Part shown: positions 1 to 10,129 of the stretch, in pieces
Layout: each line of letters starts with the position of its first letter
Numbering within the stretch: the first letter of the stretch is position 1
Made by a program: the position numbers and the translations under genes
Assembly (NCBI GenBank): GCA_001805445.1
Contig: MHGF01000034.1
Coordinates: 166,451-230,450 of the forward strand
Direction of reading: 5' to 3'
Source of the DNA: Omnitrophica WOR_2 bacterium GWF2_43_52
Lineage (GTDB): Bacteria > Omnitrophota > Gorgyraeia > Gygaellales > UBA12090
DNA: 64,000 bases
The notes under the pieces: generated by a model
Told to the model about the DNA's origin: nothing
Seen by the model: the letters and a program-made list of their open reading frames with translations, nothing else
Databases searched by the model: none

Positions 1-7
1 AATAGAC

Positions 8-589
8 ATGAGGGCGCTCGATAAGGCGATAAAGATTGCTCCGAGAGTATTGAAATTCGAGCTCGGCGACGGCATGGACCGTATCAGCAAAGGGTTCTTA
101 AAGAGATTCAGGCAACAGAGGCTTCAGGGCCCGCCTGGCGTCCGCGGAGCATCAGGTCACGGTCTTTTCGGCACATTTAAAAGAGTGTCGCTTGTGTCGC
201 CGACGATAGAAGGCATGGGCATGCAGGTTTATTCGGATTCGAAAATAGCCAAGCTCCATGAAACAGGGGGCGTAGTTACCGATCCAGGCGGAGGACGGAT
301 GGCTGTCCCTTTGTCGGCAAGAAGCGAGATGTTTTCCGCGAAAGGAAAACTCAAAAGAAAATACAAACGGCCCCGGGAATTGAAGAACGTGGAGCCGATG
401 AGATTCAAAGGGCAGACTTTTCTTGTGAAGGTGAAGAAACGGGCGCAGAAGTTATTGCCTTTGTACGTATTAAAGAGGTCAGTGAGGTTAAAACCGCGGC
501 TGGGATTTTACAGGGTGTGGGATAGCTTGGAAAATTACAGGATCGATATCCTCAATAAATCGGTGGATAAGGCCTTAAGGAAAATTTAG
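8..589 (+). CDS. Phage neck/tail-completion protein (basic, gpZ-like position)
   Basis: K/R-rich 193 aa ORF directly upstream of the tail terminator and tube; call by synteny; start may lie further upstream. Confidence 0.55.
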   Translation: MRALDKAIKIAPRVLKFELGDGMDRISKGFLKRFRQQRLQGPPGVRGASGHGLFGTFKRVSLVSPTIEGMGMQVYSDSKIAKLHETGGVVTDPGGGRMAVPLSARSEMFSAKGKLKRKYKRPRELKNVEPMRFKGQTFLVKVKKRAQKLLPLYVLKRSVRLKPRLGFYRVWDSLENYRIDILNKSVDKALRKI

Positions 590-591
590 TC

Positions 592-1059
592 ATGGAGACG
601 GTAAGAGAAAGAATAATGGCCAACATCAAGACGACCCTCGAGGGTGTAACAGTTGCCAACGGGTATAATTTCGATTTTACTGCCGACACTGTCCAGCGGT
701 GGTCGATGCATGGCAATAGGCTTGCCGACTTGCCCGCTGTCGTGATAAGCCCGGGCGACGAGGAAGAAAAAGGTCAGCCCAACCCTTTCGAGGAATGTTA
801 TCTGAATGTTTATCTCGATATATTTTTCGTAAATGACGAAGGTGATTCGATGGTCACGGACACCTATTTGAATAGATTGCAGGGTGATATGAAAAAAGCG
901 ATTTTACTAGACCATACCCGCGGCGGAGAGGCAATAGATACGGATGTTTTGGGGACGACGCCGTTCGAGACCACGGAAGGCCAGCCTTATGCGGGAATAA
1001 TAATGGAGCTGGGCATAAGGTACCGCCATTTAAGGTCAGACCCAACCGCAAAGAATTAA
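592..1059 (+). CDS. Phage tail terminator protein
   Basis: Acidic 155 aa protein, METVRERIM...LPAVVISPGDE pattern, immediately before tail tube. Confidence 0.65.
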   Translation: METVRERIMANIKTTLEGVTVANGYNFDFTADTVQRWSMHGNRLADLPAVVISPGDEEEKGQPNPFEECYLNVYLDIFFVNDEGDSMVTDTYLNRLQGDMKKAILLDHTRGGEAIDTDVLGTTPFETTEGQPYAGIIMELGIRYRHLRSDPTAKN

Positions 1060-1073
1060 AGGAGGGAATTACC

Positions 1074-2225
1074 ATGTCAATGTTAATACGTAAAAGGCAG
1101 TTAGCGGCAAAGATAGAAGCTGTCGAGGGAACAGCCGAGGCCTTGGCGGCCATAGATGCGGGGCTGTTGGTTAATTTCACGCCCAAGGCGAATTACGACC
1201 CGCAGATGTATCAAAGGAATCCGGTGCGCTCCTCTCTTACCAAGATGGGCAAGCTGACCGGCAAGCGTTCGGCAGGGCTTGATTTCAGCATCGAGCTGAA
1301 AGGTTCGGGTTCACTGACGCAGGAACCTGAATGGGCAAAGCTGATCAAATCCTGCGGTTTTGCTATCAACGATCTTAAAAAGATTACCATAGGCGCTATT
1401 ACTTCAGGGCCGTTTCAGCATGGGGAGACAATCACAGGCGGAACATCGCTTGCAACAGGCAGGGTCGTGATTGAGACCGCGGATGGTACGACTACGCTTT
1501 ACTTTGTCGAGATAACCGGCACGTTCGAGAACGGTGAAGTGCTTACAGGAGAAACTTCCGGAGCGACTGCGACGACAGGCTCGGTGCCTTCGGATGCCGG
1601 GCACGAGATAAAGCCTATCTCGAGTTCGGTTCCTTCATTGACCATGGGGTTATACGAAGACGGCATAAGGAAACTTCTCAAAGGGTGCAGAGGGACGGCC
1701 AAGTTCAATTTCATGATAGGCGAGCCTGCGACAGTGGATTTCGGCTTCAGGGGAGTTGAAGCAGGTGTTTCGGACCTGCCGCTACTTACGGGGATTTCTT
1801 ACGACGATGTGGTCCCGCCGGTGCTCTTGAATGCGGTGATGTCGTGCGACGGCGTTTCCCTGAATCTCGGGGAACTGAATGTCGATATTGCCAACACGCT
1901 TGCTCCAAAGGACAAGATCGACGATGCAAAAGGCATCTTATCCTTCATGATTACCGAGCGTGACACGCAAGGGTCGTTTAACCCTGAGATGGTGCTGGTG
2001 GCGACACATGATTTTTACGACAAGTGGTTTAGCAATACGCCCATGGTCCTTGATCTGGCATACGGAACGGTAGACGGCAACAAGTTCAGGATTTACGCGC
2101 CGAAAATCATCTATAACAAGATAGATGATGCGGACCGTGACGGCATACAACTGGCTCAGACGGCGTTCGATGTTACGGGATCGATGGAGCCGGGAGATGA
2201 TGAACTGGCAATTTTACTTTTATAA
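1074..2225 (+). CDS. Phage major tail tube protein with inserted Thr/Gly-rich domain
   Basis: Strong SD GGAGGG; N-term KRQLAAKIEAVEGT, C-term DADRDGI...GDDELAILL typical of tail tubes; followed by chaperones and tape measure. Confidence 0.8.
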   Translation: MSMLIRKRQLAAKIEAVEGTAEALAAIDAGLLVNFTPKANYDPQMYQRNPVRSSLTKMGKLTGKRSAGLDFSIELKGSGSLTQEPEWAKLIKSCGFAINDLKKITIGAITSGPFQHGETITGGTSLATGRVVIETADGTTTLYFVEITGTFENGEVLTGETSGATATTGSVPSDAGHEIKPISSSVPSLTMGLYEDGIRKLLKGCRGTAKFNFMIGEPATVDFGFRGVEAGVSDLPLLTGISYDDVVPPVLLNAVMSCDGVSLNLGELNVDIANTLAPKDKIDDAKGILSFMITERDTQGSFNPEMVLVATHDFYDKWFSNTPMVLDLAYGTVDGNKFRIYAPKIIYNKIDDADRDGIQLAQTAFDVTGSMEPGDDELAILLL

Positions 2226-2242
2226 AAAGAGGAGGTGTTCTT

Positions 2243-2668
2243 ATGTTGACGGGAATAGATGTAACCGCCACCAAAAAATACGTATCGAAGCTCGATCCGG
2301 ACAAAGATAATCCAACGGTTTTTCATATCGGGTTTTTAGACCCGGCCTTAAGGGCTGAAATCGACGACGAAAGCTCGAGCTACGAGATGAGCTCATCCAA
2401 CCCGAACGACAAGGCAAAGATAAACCTCAGTTGGAACAAGCGGCAGATCACGGCCATAAAGTTCGGGCTTAAAGGGCTGGAGAACTTCCTGGATCCGCAG
2501 ACCAAAAAGCCGATCGATTACAAGTGCGAGACCATCCGTTATGCCGGGAAGATGAGGGAGTGCGTGCCGGACAGGATCATTGCGATGTTTCCGAGCGAGC
2601 TGAGGGCCGAACTTGCCGAGGCGATATTGGATGAATCCAAGCTGTCGGAGGGCGAGCGAAAAAACTAA
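2243..2668 (+). CDS. Tail assembly chaperone (gpG-like)
   Basis: SD GAGGAGG; between tube and tape measure; ends ...LSEGERKN on a slippery site. Confidence 0.8.
   Translation: MLTGIDVTATKKYVSKLDPDKDNPTVFHIGFLDPALRAEIDDESSSYEMSSSNPNDKAKINLSWNKRQITAIKFGLKGLENFLDPQTKKPIDYKCETIRYAGKMRECVPDRIIAMFPSELRAELAEAILDESKLSEGERKN
2659..2665 (+). other. Programmed -1 ribosomal frameshift site A AAA AAC
   Basis: CGA AAA AAC TAA; the -1 frame is open (LIAAVHLGDLTV...) and continuous with ORF 2683-2994. Confidence 0.85.
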
Positions 2669-2682
2669 TCGCGGCGGTTCAT

Positions 2683-2994
2683 TTGGGCGATCTTACGGTG
2701 AACTGCCGGAGCTGTTTAAAAGGCGCGAAGATACGATGCGAATTTGAAGTGCCCGGACAAGAGATTTGGGAATTGAACGGCGAGCAGTATAAAGGATGCC
2801 CTTTTAAAATCGTCACGCGGCAGAGCGCGAATTTTATCAGGGCATTCAATTTTTACAGCCGCGGATATTTGCCGAACAGGGGGGCGTGGATCGAGCAGTC
2901 GGCGAAGATGCTGGATGCGTTCGATCTTATCGAGAAGGAATTGCAGGCAATCAAGGAAGAAAAAGAAAGGCGCAAGGAGCGGTTTAGGAGATGA
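2683..2994 (+). CDS. Tail chaperone frameshift extension (gpT part of gpGT)
   Basis: No SD of its own, TTG start; in -1 frame relative to 2243-2668; GYLPxxGAWIEQ motif; overlaps the tape measure start. Confidence 0.78.
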   Translation: MGDLTVNCRSCLKGAKIRCEFEVPGQEIWELNGEQYKGCPFKIVTRQSANFIRAFNFYSRGYLPNRGAWIEQSAKMLDAFDLIEKELQAIKEEKERRKERFRR

Positions 2995-4652
2995 CGAATA
3001 AAGAGCTGTCCATAATATTGAGACTTCGTGATGAGGCTTCCAAGCGCCTCGAAGGAGTGCGCGGCAGCCTGCAGAGGTTCGCAAATTCCTGGAAGAAGAA
3101 TTGGCTTGCGATTACCGCCGCGGTTACGGCGGCCATAATGGCTTTGCGCAAGGCATGGGATCTGATGCAGATGGGAGCCAAGGCTGAGCAGATCGAGGAG
3201 AGTTTTAATCGTATGGCGGAAAGTGTCGGCATTAACGGCCAGCAGATGAAACAGGCGTTGATGGAAGCCTCGCATGCCACGGTCAATTTCTCGAACATTG
3301 CTGACAAAGCGTCGGCCCTGATGGCTCAGGGATTAAATATGGATACCGTGGCCGCATTAATGAAACAGGCCCGGGTCGAGGCAAAAATATTTGGAAGCAC
3401 GACAGAGGAGGCTTTCCAGAATATAACCAGCGCCGTTACAGGCGGGCTTGTTACGACCTTAAGAAGAACTTATGGGTTGCAGCTTTCATTGAAGGACGCC
3501 GCAGACGATTATGCCAAAGCTACCGGAAAGACATCCGAAGAAGTCAAAAAATACCACATGGCGCAGGCCCTGGCCAATCATATCCTCGATAAATCGAAAT
3601 CTCATCTCGAGGCAGTCAACCTGGAGGTCATGTCGAACTACGAAAAGGTGCAGAGGTTAAAGTCGCAGTGGAATGAATTTGCTGAAAAGACCGGCCAGGC
3701 ACTGTGGCAGGTATTGGGATTCATACAGGGTTTTATGAACCAGCTTGTAGCAGGGTTCTTTCAGTTGTTGGAGGTAGCGACTACGGTATTCCAGAAAATG
3801 CTGGTGCCCTTAATAAAATTATATGAACTGCTGGGCAAACTGCCCGGGAAAGTCGGAGAGGCATACAGACAGGCAGGAGAAAGCGTAAAGAAATTATCCT
3901 CTGATATGGAAGCGAACAAGCAGGCGTTCGAGATGGCGTCGATAGAAAGCGCGAAAACCGCCATGGAGCAGTACGATCTTGTGTTTGCCAAGGTAAAAGA
4001 GACCGGAGATAACACTGCGGAGATATTGAAGAACGTGGCCAAGCAAGTTGGCGACAGCGCAAAGGACGCGGCAGAAAAGTTCAATGCCATGGAAGAGTTC
4101 GCCAAACAGTCGGCGCGCAATATGCAGAATGCCTTTTCCGAGTTTTTCTTCAAGGCGTTCACGGGTGAGTTGAGGAATATGCAGGAAATATTTGCCAATT
4201 TCGGAAGAGCGGTTTTGCAGATGATATCGAACATCCTGGCAAAACTACTTTTGATCAAACTTTTTACGGCCATGGCCGGACCCGGGGGAAAGATTTTTGG
4301 AGTGGATGTCGGAGCTTTATTTCATCAGGGTGGAATGATTAGAAGGCATCAAGGCGGGCTTATAAGGGCGCATGCAGGGCTTGCCCCGGATGAAGTACCG
4401 ATCATTGCCCAGACCGGTGAGGGAATCTTGTCAAGGCAGGGCGTTAGGGCCTTGGGCGGGCCGGATAATCTACGGAGCCTCAATAGAGGCGAGGAAGGCG
4501 CGGCAGGCGGCGTGACAATCAACATCAATCAGGTAATCCAGGCCTGGGACGCGCAGGACGTATGGCGAAACAGAAAGGCGTTGTCGAATGCCATTGCCGA
4601 TGACATTTACAACAACGGAAAGATTAGGTCGGTTATCAGGAGTTACACATGA
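2991..4652 (+). CDS. Tape measure protein (short, 553 aa)
   Basis: MTNKELSIILRLRDEAS N-term, Ala-rich helical body, C-terminal FHQGG...AHAGLAPDEVPIIAQTGE motif. Confidence 0.9.
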   Translation: MTNKELSIILRLRDEASKRLEGVRGSLQRFANSWKKNWLAITAAVTAAIMALRKAWDLMQMGAKAEQIEESFNRMAESVGINGQQMKQALMEASHATVNFSNIADKASALMAQGLNMDTVAALMKQARVEAKIFGSTTEEAFQNITSAVTGGLVTTLRRTYGLQLSLKDAADDYAKATGKTSEEVKKYHMAQALANHILDKSKSHLEAVNLEVMSNYEKVQRLKSQWNEFAEKTGQALWQVLGFIQGFMNQLVAGFFQLLEVATTVFQKMLVPLIKLYELLGKLPGKVGEAYRQAGESVKKLSSDMEANKQAFEMASIESAKTAMEQYDLVFAKVKETGDNTAEILKNVAKQVGDSAKDAAEKFNAMEEFAKQSARNMQNAFSEFFFKAFTGELRNMQEIFANFGRAVLQMISNILAKLLLIKLFTAMAGPGGKIFGVDVGALFHQGGMIRRHQGGLIRAHAGLAPDEVPIIAQTGEGILSRQGVRALGGPDNLRSLNRGEEGAAGGVTININQVIQAWDAQDVWRNRKALSNAIADDIYNNGKIRSVIRSYT

Positions 4653-4987
4653 GCGACTTCGATTATAATCCGGACTTCGTGGTCGATGAGACGGTTCAGT
4701 ATAAGACGCTTGTTTCCGAGTTCGAGAACGGAGTCGAACAGCGCAGGCGCAAGTGGCAGAACCCTCTAAGGAAATGGACGTTGAGATTCCAGCACAGGAC
4801 AAAAACCGAGATGGAAAGCGTCAGGGATTTCTTCATGGGCAAATACGGGGCGCTTACGGCATTCACCTGGACGAATCCAAACGATTCCGTGGAATATACG
4901 GTCAGGTTCGTCGAGGATAGCTTTAAGTTCGCTTTAAAGGCATACCGGTTGTATGACTTCGATTTTGACTTCATAGAGGTGAAATAA
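4649..4987 (+). CDS. Distal tail protein (lambda gpM/DUF2460-like)
   Basis: FENGVEQRRRKW...FFMGKYGALTAFTWTNP; follows tape measure. Confidence 0.8.
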   Translation: MSDFDYNPDFVVDETVQYKTLVSEFENGVEQRRRKWQNPLRKWTLRFQHRTKTEMESVRDFFMGKYGALTAFTWTNPNDSVEYTVRFVEDSFKFALKAYRLYDFDFDFIEVK

Positions 4988-5598
4988 TGCCAAGAGCTGT
5001 CGATTCGACATTCAAAACAGAAAAAGCCAAACAGGAAAACCAGCCGATATTTTTATACACCGTCGAAGATTACGACGGATCCAGCGACCTTCACTTGGCG
5101 GGATATGACACGGATATTGTTTTTGATTCGGTTACTTACCAGAAATTCCCTATAGCCCATGAGTTCGTAGGAGAGAACAACCAGGGGCAGATCGACCAGG
5201 TCAAGGTAAGGCTGGCCAATGTATCAAGGCTAATACAATCGTATCTCGAGCAGTACGATTTCAGAGGCAAGAAGGTCATTATCAAGATGGTCTGGGCTAA
5301 TCAGTTGTCGGATCCGGACGCATACATAGACGATATTTTCTATATCGACAATTATGTGGCAGACCAGAACAATGTCGAGTTTACGTTAACCGGCAAGTTC
5401 GATGTCTTGGGGCTGGATCTTCCGGCGCGCAGGTATACCAGGAATTATTGCGCGTGGAAATTCAAGTCGAATGAATGCGGATATACGGGAGGAGAGACCG
5501 AGTGCAACAAGACACAGCAAAGATGCAAGCAGATAGGGAATTACCCGAGGTTCGGGGCTTTCCCTTCGGTGCCGACAGGACGGATATACATCATGTAG
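4987..5598 (+). CDS. Minor tail tip protein (lambda gpL-like)
   Basis: C-terminal Cys cluster CAWKFKSNECGY...CNKT...C...FGAFPS (Fe-S binding in gpL). Confidence 0.85.
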   Translation: MPRAVDSTFKTEKAKQENQPIFLYTVEDYDGSSDLHLAGYDTDIVFDSVTYQKFPIAHEFVGENNQGQIDQVKVRLANVSRLIQSYLEQYDFRGKKVIIKMVWANQLSDPDAYIDDIFYIDNYVADQNNVEFTLTGKFDVLGLDLPARRYTRNYCAWKFKSNECGYTGGETECNKTQQRCKQIGNYPRFGAFPSVPTGRIYIM

Positions 5599-6002
5599 AG
5601 AAGCTTATCATCGATAAGTATCTCGGCATCCCTTACAGGCACAGGGGCAGGGCAATGGACGGCCTTGACTGCTGGGGATTCCTGAAGCTTGTGTATGCGG
5701 ACTTGGGGTTTAAATTATTCGACATCGAGGACCTGGAATATGGCCGGGCATGGGGACTTCGTAACAAGGATTATTTCAAGGAGAATTACGTCAATGACTG
5801 GATGAGAGTTGATGATCCCTTGCCCCTGGACGGCGTGTTGTTTTTGAACTCCCGGGGAGTGGCGAATCATGCGGGCGTCGTTTTCAAGAACAGGAAGTTT
5901 ATCCATTGTTGCCGGGCAGGGGTGATCATATCCAGGATGGATGATAAGTCCTGGCAGAAAAGGATCGAAGGCTTTTATAGGTTGAGGAACAAGGCATGGT
6001 AA
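5523..6002 (+). CDS. NlpC/P60 tail protein (lambda gpK C-terminal-like); start uncertain
   Basis: YLGIPY...GLDCWG...NHAGV...FIHC catalytic Cys/His/His motifs. Confidence 0.85.
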   Translation: MQADRELPEVRGFPFGADRTDIHHVEKLIIDKYLGIPYRHRGRAMDGLDCWGFLKLVYADLGFKLFDIEDLEYGRAWGLRNKDYFKENYVNDWMRVDDPLPLDGVLFLNSRGVANHAGVVFKNRKFIHCCRAGVIISRMDDKSWQKRIEGFYRLRNKAW

Positions 6003-9000
6003 TTATACGCAATATCGAAAATCCTTTTAAGCTGGATCAGGCAGAAATCAAGAAGCTCGATTATTCGCGAAGCAAAACCGTCCGTGAATTCCTTGATGAG
6101 TCCGGATTCGATTATAAGGACAAAAGGGTTATCGTCACCGGCAAAAGGATCGAAGACCTTGATATGCGGATCGACCAGGGAGATGAGATAACCGTTATCC
6201 CCGAGGTCAAGGCCCCGGTCGTGGCAATTATCTCTGCGATCATATCTGCCGTATGGGCGTATGCGGTTGCTCATCCGTTCATATTTGCCTTCTTCGTCTT
6301 GACTTTAGGCTACTCGATTTTTCAATACATGAACCAGCCGAAGATGGCTGATTTCAATGTGGGATCTGTCGGTTTGGATGAGGGATCGCCCACATACGGA
6401 TGGGACGGCGTCCAGACGATACAGGAAGTCGGAGTGCCGGTTGCGGTCGTTTATGGGGAGCATAAGGTCGGAGGGAATATCGTCAACCAGTTCTTATGGG
6501 AGAACGGGGACAAAAGTTATCTGAACGTGCTTTTGGCTTTATGCGAGGGCGAGATCGAGGCAATAGACGACATCAAGATCAACAACAATCCGATCGCCAA
6601 TTTCACGGGCGTTACCACAAATAAAAGATATGGCACAAACGACCAGGGGATAATTGCCAACTTCGAGGACTTGCATAATCTTTATACGGTCGGCGCAAAC
6701 CTTACGAAAGACAACCCATACATTTATACGACGGTTGATTCCGACGCGGAAGCCTTCGAGATCCATTTGAGAATGAATAACGGTTTGTATCAGCAGGATT
6801 CGGGATCTGGCGGGATATTGAGCTGGAGCGTAACGTATCGGGTCGAGTATAAGTTGCATACGGAGCCGACTTATACGGATTTGGGAGAGACCACGATCTC
6901 GGCAAAATCACGCACGGCTCTGCGCAGGGTCTTCCGCAAAGCAGGGCTGACGCCGGGGCAGTACGATATCCGCATAACGAGGACAAGTGACGACAGTGCA
7001 CTGGATCCTTTGAAGCAGGGCGACTTGACGTTCTTCCAGCTGGATGAAATCAAGACGGACGATTTGAGGTATCCCAACACGGCGCTTTTGGGATTACAGC
7101 TCCTGGCCACAGACCAGCTCTCGGGTTCCATGCCGAATATCACTACGGTCGTTAAAGGCAGGAAGGTGAGCGTCCCGGATGTTTTGAATGCCGGAGTTCC
7201 CGTGGATTGGGAAGATTATTATTGGGACGGCACCGATTATAGATTGCTGGCAGACGATACGCTGCTTACTTGGGACGGCTCGACCTATGTCGATAAATAC
7301 TCGGCCAATCCGGTATGGTGCTTGAAAGATTTCATTACGAACAGCCGCTATGGGCTGGGAGAGTTTATATCAAACTCCAATCTGGATGACGCTTCCCTTT
7401 CGGAGATGGCTAAGTATTGCGAGGAGCGGGTTCCCGACGGACAAGGGGGCTATGAAAAACGGTTCAGGATGGATGTGGTGATCGATTCCAATACCAAGGC
7501 TCTGGACGTCCTCATCCAGTTGTGTGCTACGTTCAATGCCATGCCGGTATACAGCGCGGGCGGTATATCGTTCAAGATAGACAAGCAAACCAACCCTACG
7601 CAACTATTCAGCATGGGCAATATGATCAAAGACACCTTTGTCCAGAGCTGGAAGACTTTGAAGGAAATTCCCAATGTCATAGAAATCCAGTTTATGGATA
7701 AGGATAAAGACTATCGCCAGGAAACGATAGCATATATCGATGAGGATGCCTTGGCCGCTGGGGACCCCATGCGCAAGAGCCAGGTGAGGCTGTTTACGAC
7801 AAGGGCAAGCTATGCCATCCGCGCTGGCAGGTATGCCTTGAAGGTTGCCAAGTATATCAATAGATCTATTTCGTTCAAGGCCGGAATAGATGCGGTTGCC
7901 TGCCAGGCAGGAGATATTATTTCGGTTTCACACGACGTGCCGCAGTGGGGTTTTTCGGGCCGGGTTCAGGCAGGATCTACGACGACACTGGTTAAGCTGG
8001 ACCGGACTTTTGTGATAGAAGACGGCAAGTCTTATAAGATTCAGGTCAGGTTTTCCGACGATACGATTGAAGAACAGTCAATCACTTCTCCCACGGGCAG
8101 TTATACGGAGGTGGAGTGTGCGGCGTTTTCGGCCGAGCCGCAGGCATTCGATGTATATGCGATTGGCGAAACGAATAAGGTCAAAAAAGATTTCAGGGTT
8201 GTGTCCGTGCAGAGAGAAGGAAAAGACGAAGTCCAGATATCGGCTTTGGAGTATGACGAAAACGTCTATGACGATTCGGACATCATATTGCCGCAGAATA
8301 ATTATTCCTCTTTATCCGGAGACATCCCGCTTATCCAGAACTTGAGCCTGACCGAAGCCCTGGTCAAAAAAAGCGATGGCGTCATCGAGGTTGCCATCGA
8401 TGTTTGGTTCGACAAGCCGGACGTTATCGACCATTACGTGAAATCCTACGCCAGGGCAAAGATATATATAAGCGACGATGACGGCAACAGCTGGAGGATG
8501 GCTGGAGAAACCACAGGGGCGCACTTTCAGATTGTCGGGGATATCGTGGACAATCATGCGTATAAGGTACGAGTCGTTTCCGTTACGGATATCGGAGAGG
8601 AGTCGTCTTTGGACAGTGCTCCCGAAGAAGAAATTACGGTTGTTGGGAAATCCGCCCCGCCAAGCGATGTGACGAGTTTTCTGGTCAATCAGAACAGGGA
8701 CAGGTTGTATTTCGGGTGGACGAAGATTTCCGATGTGGATGCCTGGGGATATGAGATCCGCTGGGGAAACAGCTGGGCGAGCGGCCAGTTCGTGACTTTT
8801 CAACAAGGGTCGCATTATTTGACGACGAATTTCAGGACTGGGTCCGGACAGAGTTATTGGATCAAGGCGATAGATACTTCCGGTAATTATTCAGAAAACG
8901 CTACGGAAGCTGTTATTACGATTGCGAACATTCCTTTCAGAAATATCATTGCGGAGTTTTCGGAACAGCCTTCATGGATAGGCACCAAGGTGCAGACTGT

Positions 9001-9613
9001 CATCGATGGAAGTAGTTTGGAAATAGAAAGCGGATACTTGTCGGGGACGTACGAAACGCCGATGAGGGATTTGGGATATGTGTCAACGGTCTATATCGGC
9101 ATTGAAGCTGTCATAACCATTGCCACGGGTAGGGCATTTGATGACGATTCGGTAACGAGATTCAATAGTAGCGATACGTTAAGGTTTAGCGGTGAGGAAA
9201 GTCCCGGGGCGGCCACGTTCGAGATAAAAATATCCGACGATAATATCACCTGGTCCGGTTGGATGGAGTATCAGGCCGGGGATTATAACTGCCGGTATTA
9301 TCAAATAAGGATGACATTGACGAGAGAGAATGTAGGAGATGATCTTGAATGTACGACGTTCGATCATTATGGGGATTTGCCTGATGTGGATGAGTATGGG
9401 AGTGATTCGGTAACCGACGCAGGAGGGGGCAAGGCAGTTGTTTTCACGAAGAATTACCATGAAGAACCGAACGTGCATATCGAGATCACGTCAGGCAGCG
9501 GGATTTACGCACAATTCACAAGCAAGAGCACTACGGGATTTACAGTGAAATTGTACGATGCCTCGGGCGTCGCTCAGACCGGCGATTTCGATTGGCATGG
9601 GCATGGAATTTAA
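5996..9613 (+). CDS. Central tail fibre/host-specificity protein (gpI-like ubiquitin N-term fused to gpJ-like tip, FN3 domains)
   Basis: GVPVAVVYGEHKVGGNI, LALCEGEI, YPNTALLG, YSANPVW motifs; N-terminal IDQGDEITVIP (gpI/MoaD-like). Confidence 0.9.
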   Translation: MVIIRNIENPFKLDQAEIKKLDYSRSKTVREFLDESGFDYKDKRVIVTGKRIEDLDMRIDQGDEITVIPEVKAPVVAIISAIISAVWAYAVAHPFIFAFFVLTLGYSIFQYMNQPKMADFNVGSVGLDEGSPTYGWDGVQTIQEVGVPVAVVYGEHKVGGNIVNQFLWENGDKSYLNVLLALCEGEIEAIDDIKINNNPIANFTGVTTNKRYGTNDQGIIANFEDLHNLYTVGANLTKDNPYIYTTVDSDAEAFEIHLRMNNGLYQQDSGSGGILSWSVTYRVEYKLHTEPTYTDLGETTISAKSRTALRRVFRKAGLTPGQYDIRITRTSDDSALDPLKQGDLTFFQLDEIKTDDLRYPNTALLGLQLLATDQLSGSMPNITTVVKGRKVSVPDVLNAGVPVDWEDYYWDGTDYRLLADDTLLTWDGSTYVDKYSANPVWCLKDFITNSRYGLGEFISNSNLDDASLSEMAKYCEERVPDGQGGYEKRFRMDVVIDSNTKALDVLIQLCATFNAMPVYSAGGISFKIDKQTNPTQLFSMGNMIKDTFVQSWKTLKEIPNVIEIQFMDKDKDYRQETIAYIDEDALAAGDPMRKSQVRLFTTRASYAIRAGRYALKVAKYINRSISFKAGIDAVACQAGDIISVSHDVPQWGFSGRVQAGSTTTLVKLDRTFVIEDGKSYKIQVRFSDDTIEEQSITSPTGSYTEVECAAFSAEPQAFDVYAIGETNKVKKDFRVVSVQREGKDEVQISALEYDENVYDDSDIILPQNNYSSLSGDIPLIQNLSLTEALVKKSDGVIEVAIDVWFDKPDVIDHYVKSYARAKIYISDDDGNSWRMAGETTGAHFQIVGDIVDNHAYKVRVVSVTDIGEESSLDSAPEEEITVVGKSAPPSDVTSFLVNQNRDRLYFGWTKISDVDAWGYEIRWGNSWASGQFVTFQQGSHYLTTNFRTGSGQSYWIKAIDTSGNYSENATEAVITIANIPFRNIIAEFSEQPSWIGTKVQTVIDGSSLEIESGYLSGTYETPMRDLGYVSTVYIGIEAVITIATGRAFDDDSVTRFNSSDTLRFSGEESPGAATFEIKISDDNITWSGWMEYQAGDYNCRYYQIRMTLTRENVGDDLECTTFDHYGDLPDVDEYGSDSVTDAGGGKAVVFTKNYHEEPNVHIEITSGSGIYAQFTSKSTTGFTVKLYDASGVAQTGDFDWHGHGI

Positions 9614-9624
9614 GGAGAGATAAG

Positions 9625-9840
9625 ATGGCAAAAACTTTAGTGCCTCACAAAGTAGTTATTGAATTCGAAGACGGAGGGTTCGTAAACGGCGTATTGATTT
9701 ATAAGATCAACGACAGCGGAGTGATCGGCAGATATAGAAGCGTCGGGATAAAGAATGCGGGCTTCGATAAATCAAGCCTGAATGGGATACTGCAGAAATT
9801 CAACGCGCACGCAAAACAGGCGGAGGGGATCGATGGATGA
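9625..9840 (+). CDS. Phage hypothetical protein
   Basis: SD AAGGAG, ATG 9625; translationally coupled to neighbours. Confidence 0.6.
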   Translation: MAKTLVPHKVVIEFEDGGFVNGVLIYKINDSGVIGRYRSVGIKNAGFDKSSLNGILQKFNAHAKQAEGIDG

Positions 9841-10129
9841 TTTAATTTGCGCCAAATGCGGGAAGCCGATATCCCGGGATATGGCTTATGTCGTGGTGAA
9901 GGGAAGCATTGTCCTGAGTGAACCTAAAAAGAGGCCTATGGTCTTTACGTGCATAGAGCAGGCATACAATTACGCCCAGAGCTTAGTGGTGCATGACGTG
10001 TGCTGGATAGCCATACTCAAGGAGCATGGCGTGGAATTATACGACATGAACGAAGTAGCAAAAAAATATACCCTAACGGGCACAAGCAAGAAGGAGACTC
10101 AAGATGGCTTGGGACAAGACAAAACCTGA
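9833..10129 (+). CDS. Phage hypothetical protein, possible Zn-binding (CxxC...HxxC)
   Basis: SD GGAGG; CAKC and HDVC motifs. Confidence 0.55.
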   Translation: MDDLICAKCGKPISRDMAYVVVKGSIVLSEPKKRPMVFTCIEQAYNYAQSLVVHDVCWIAILKEHGVELYDMNEVAKKYTLTGTSKKETQDGLGQDKT

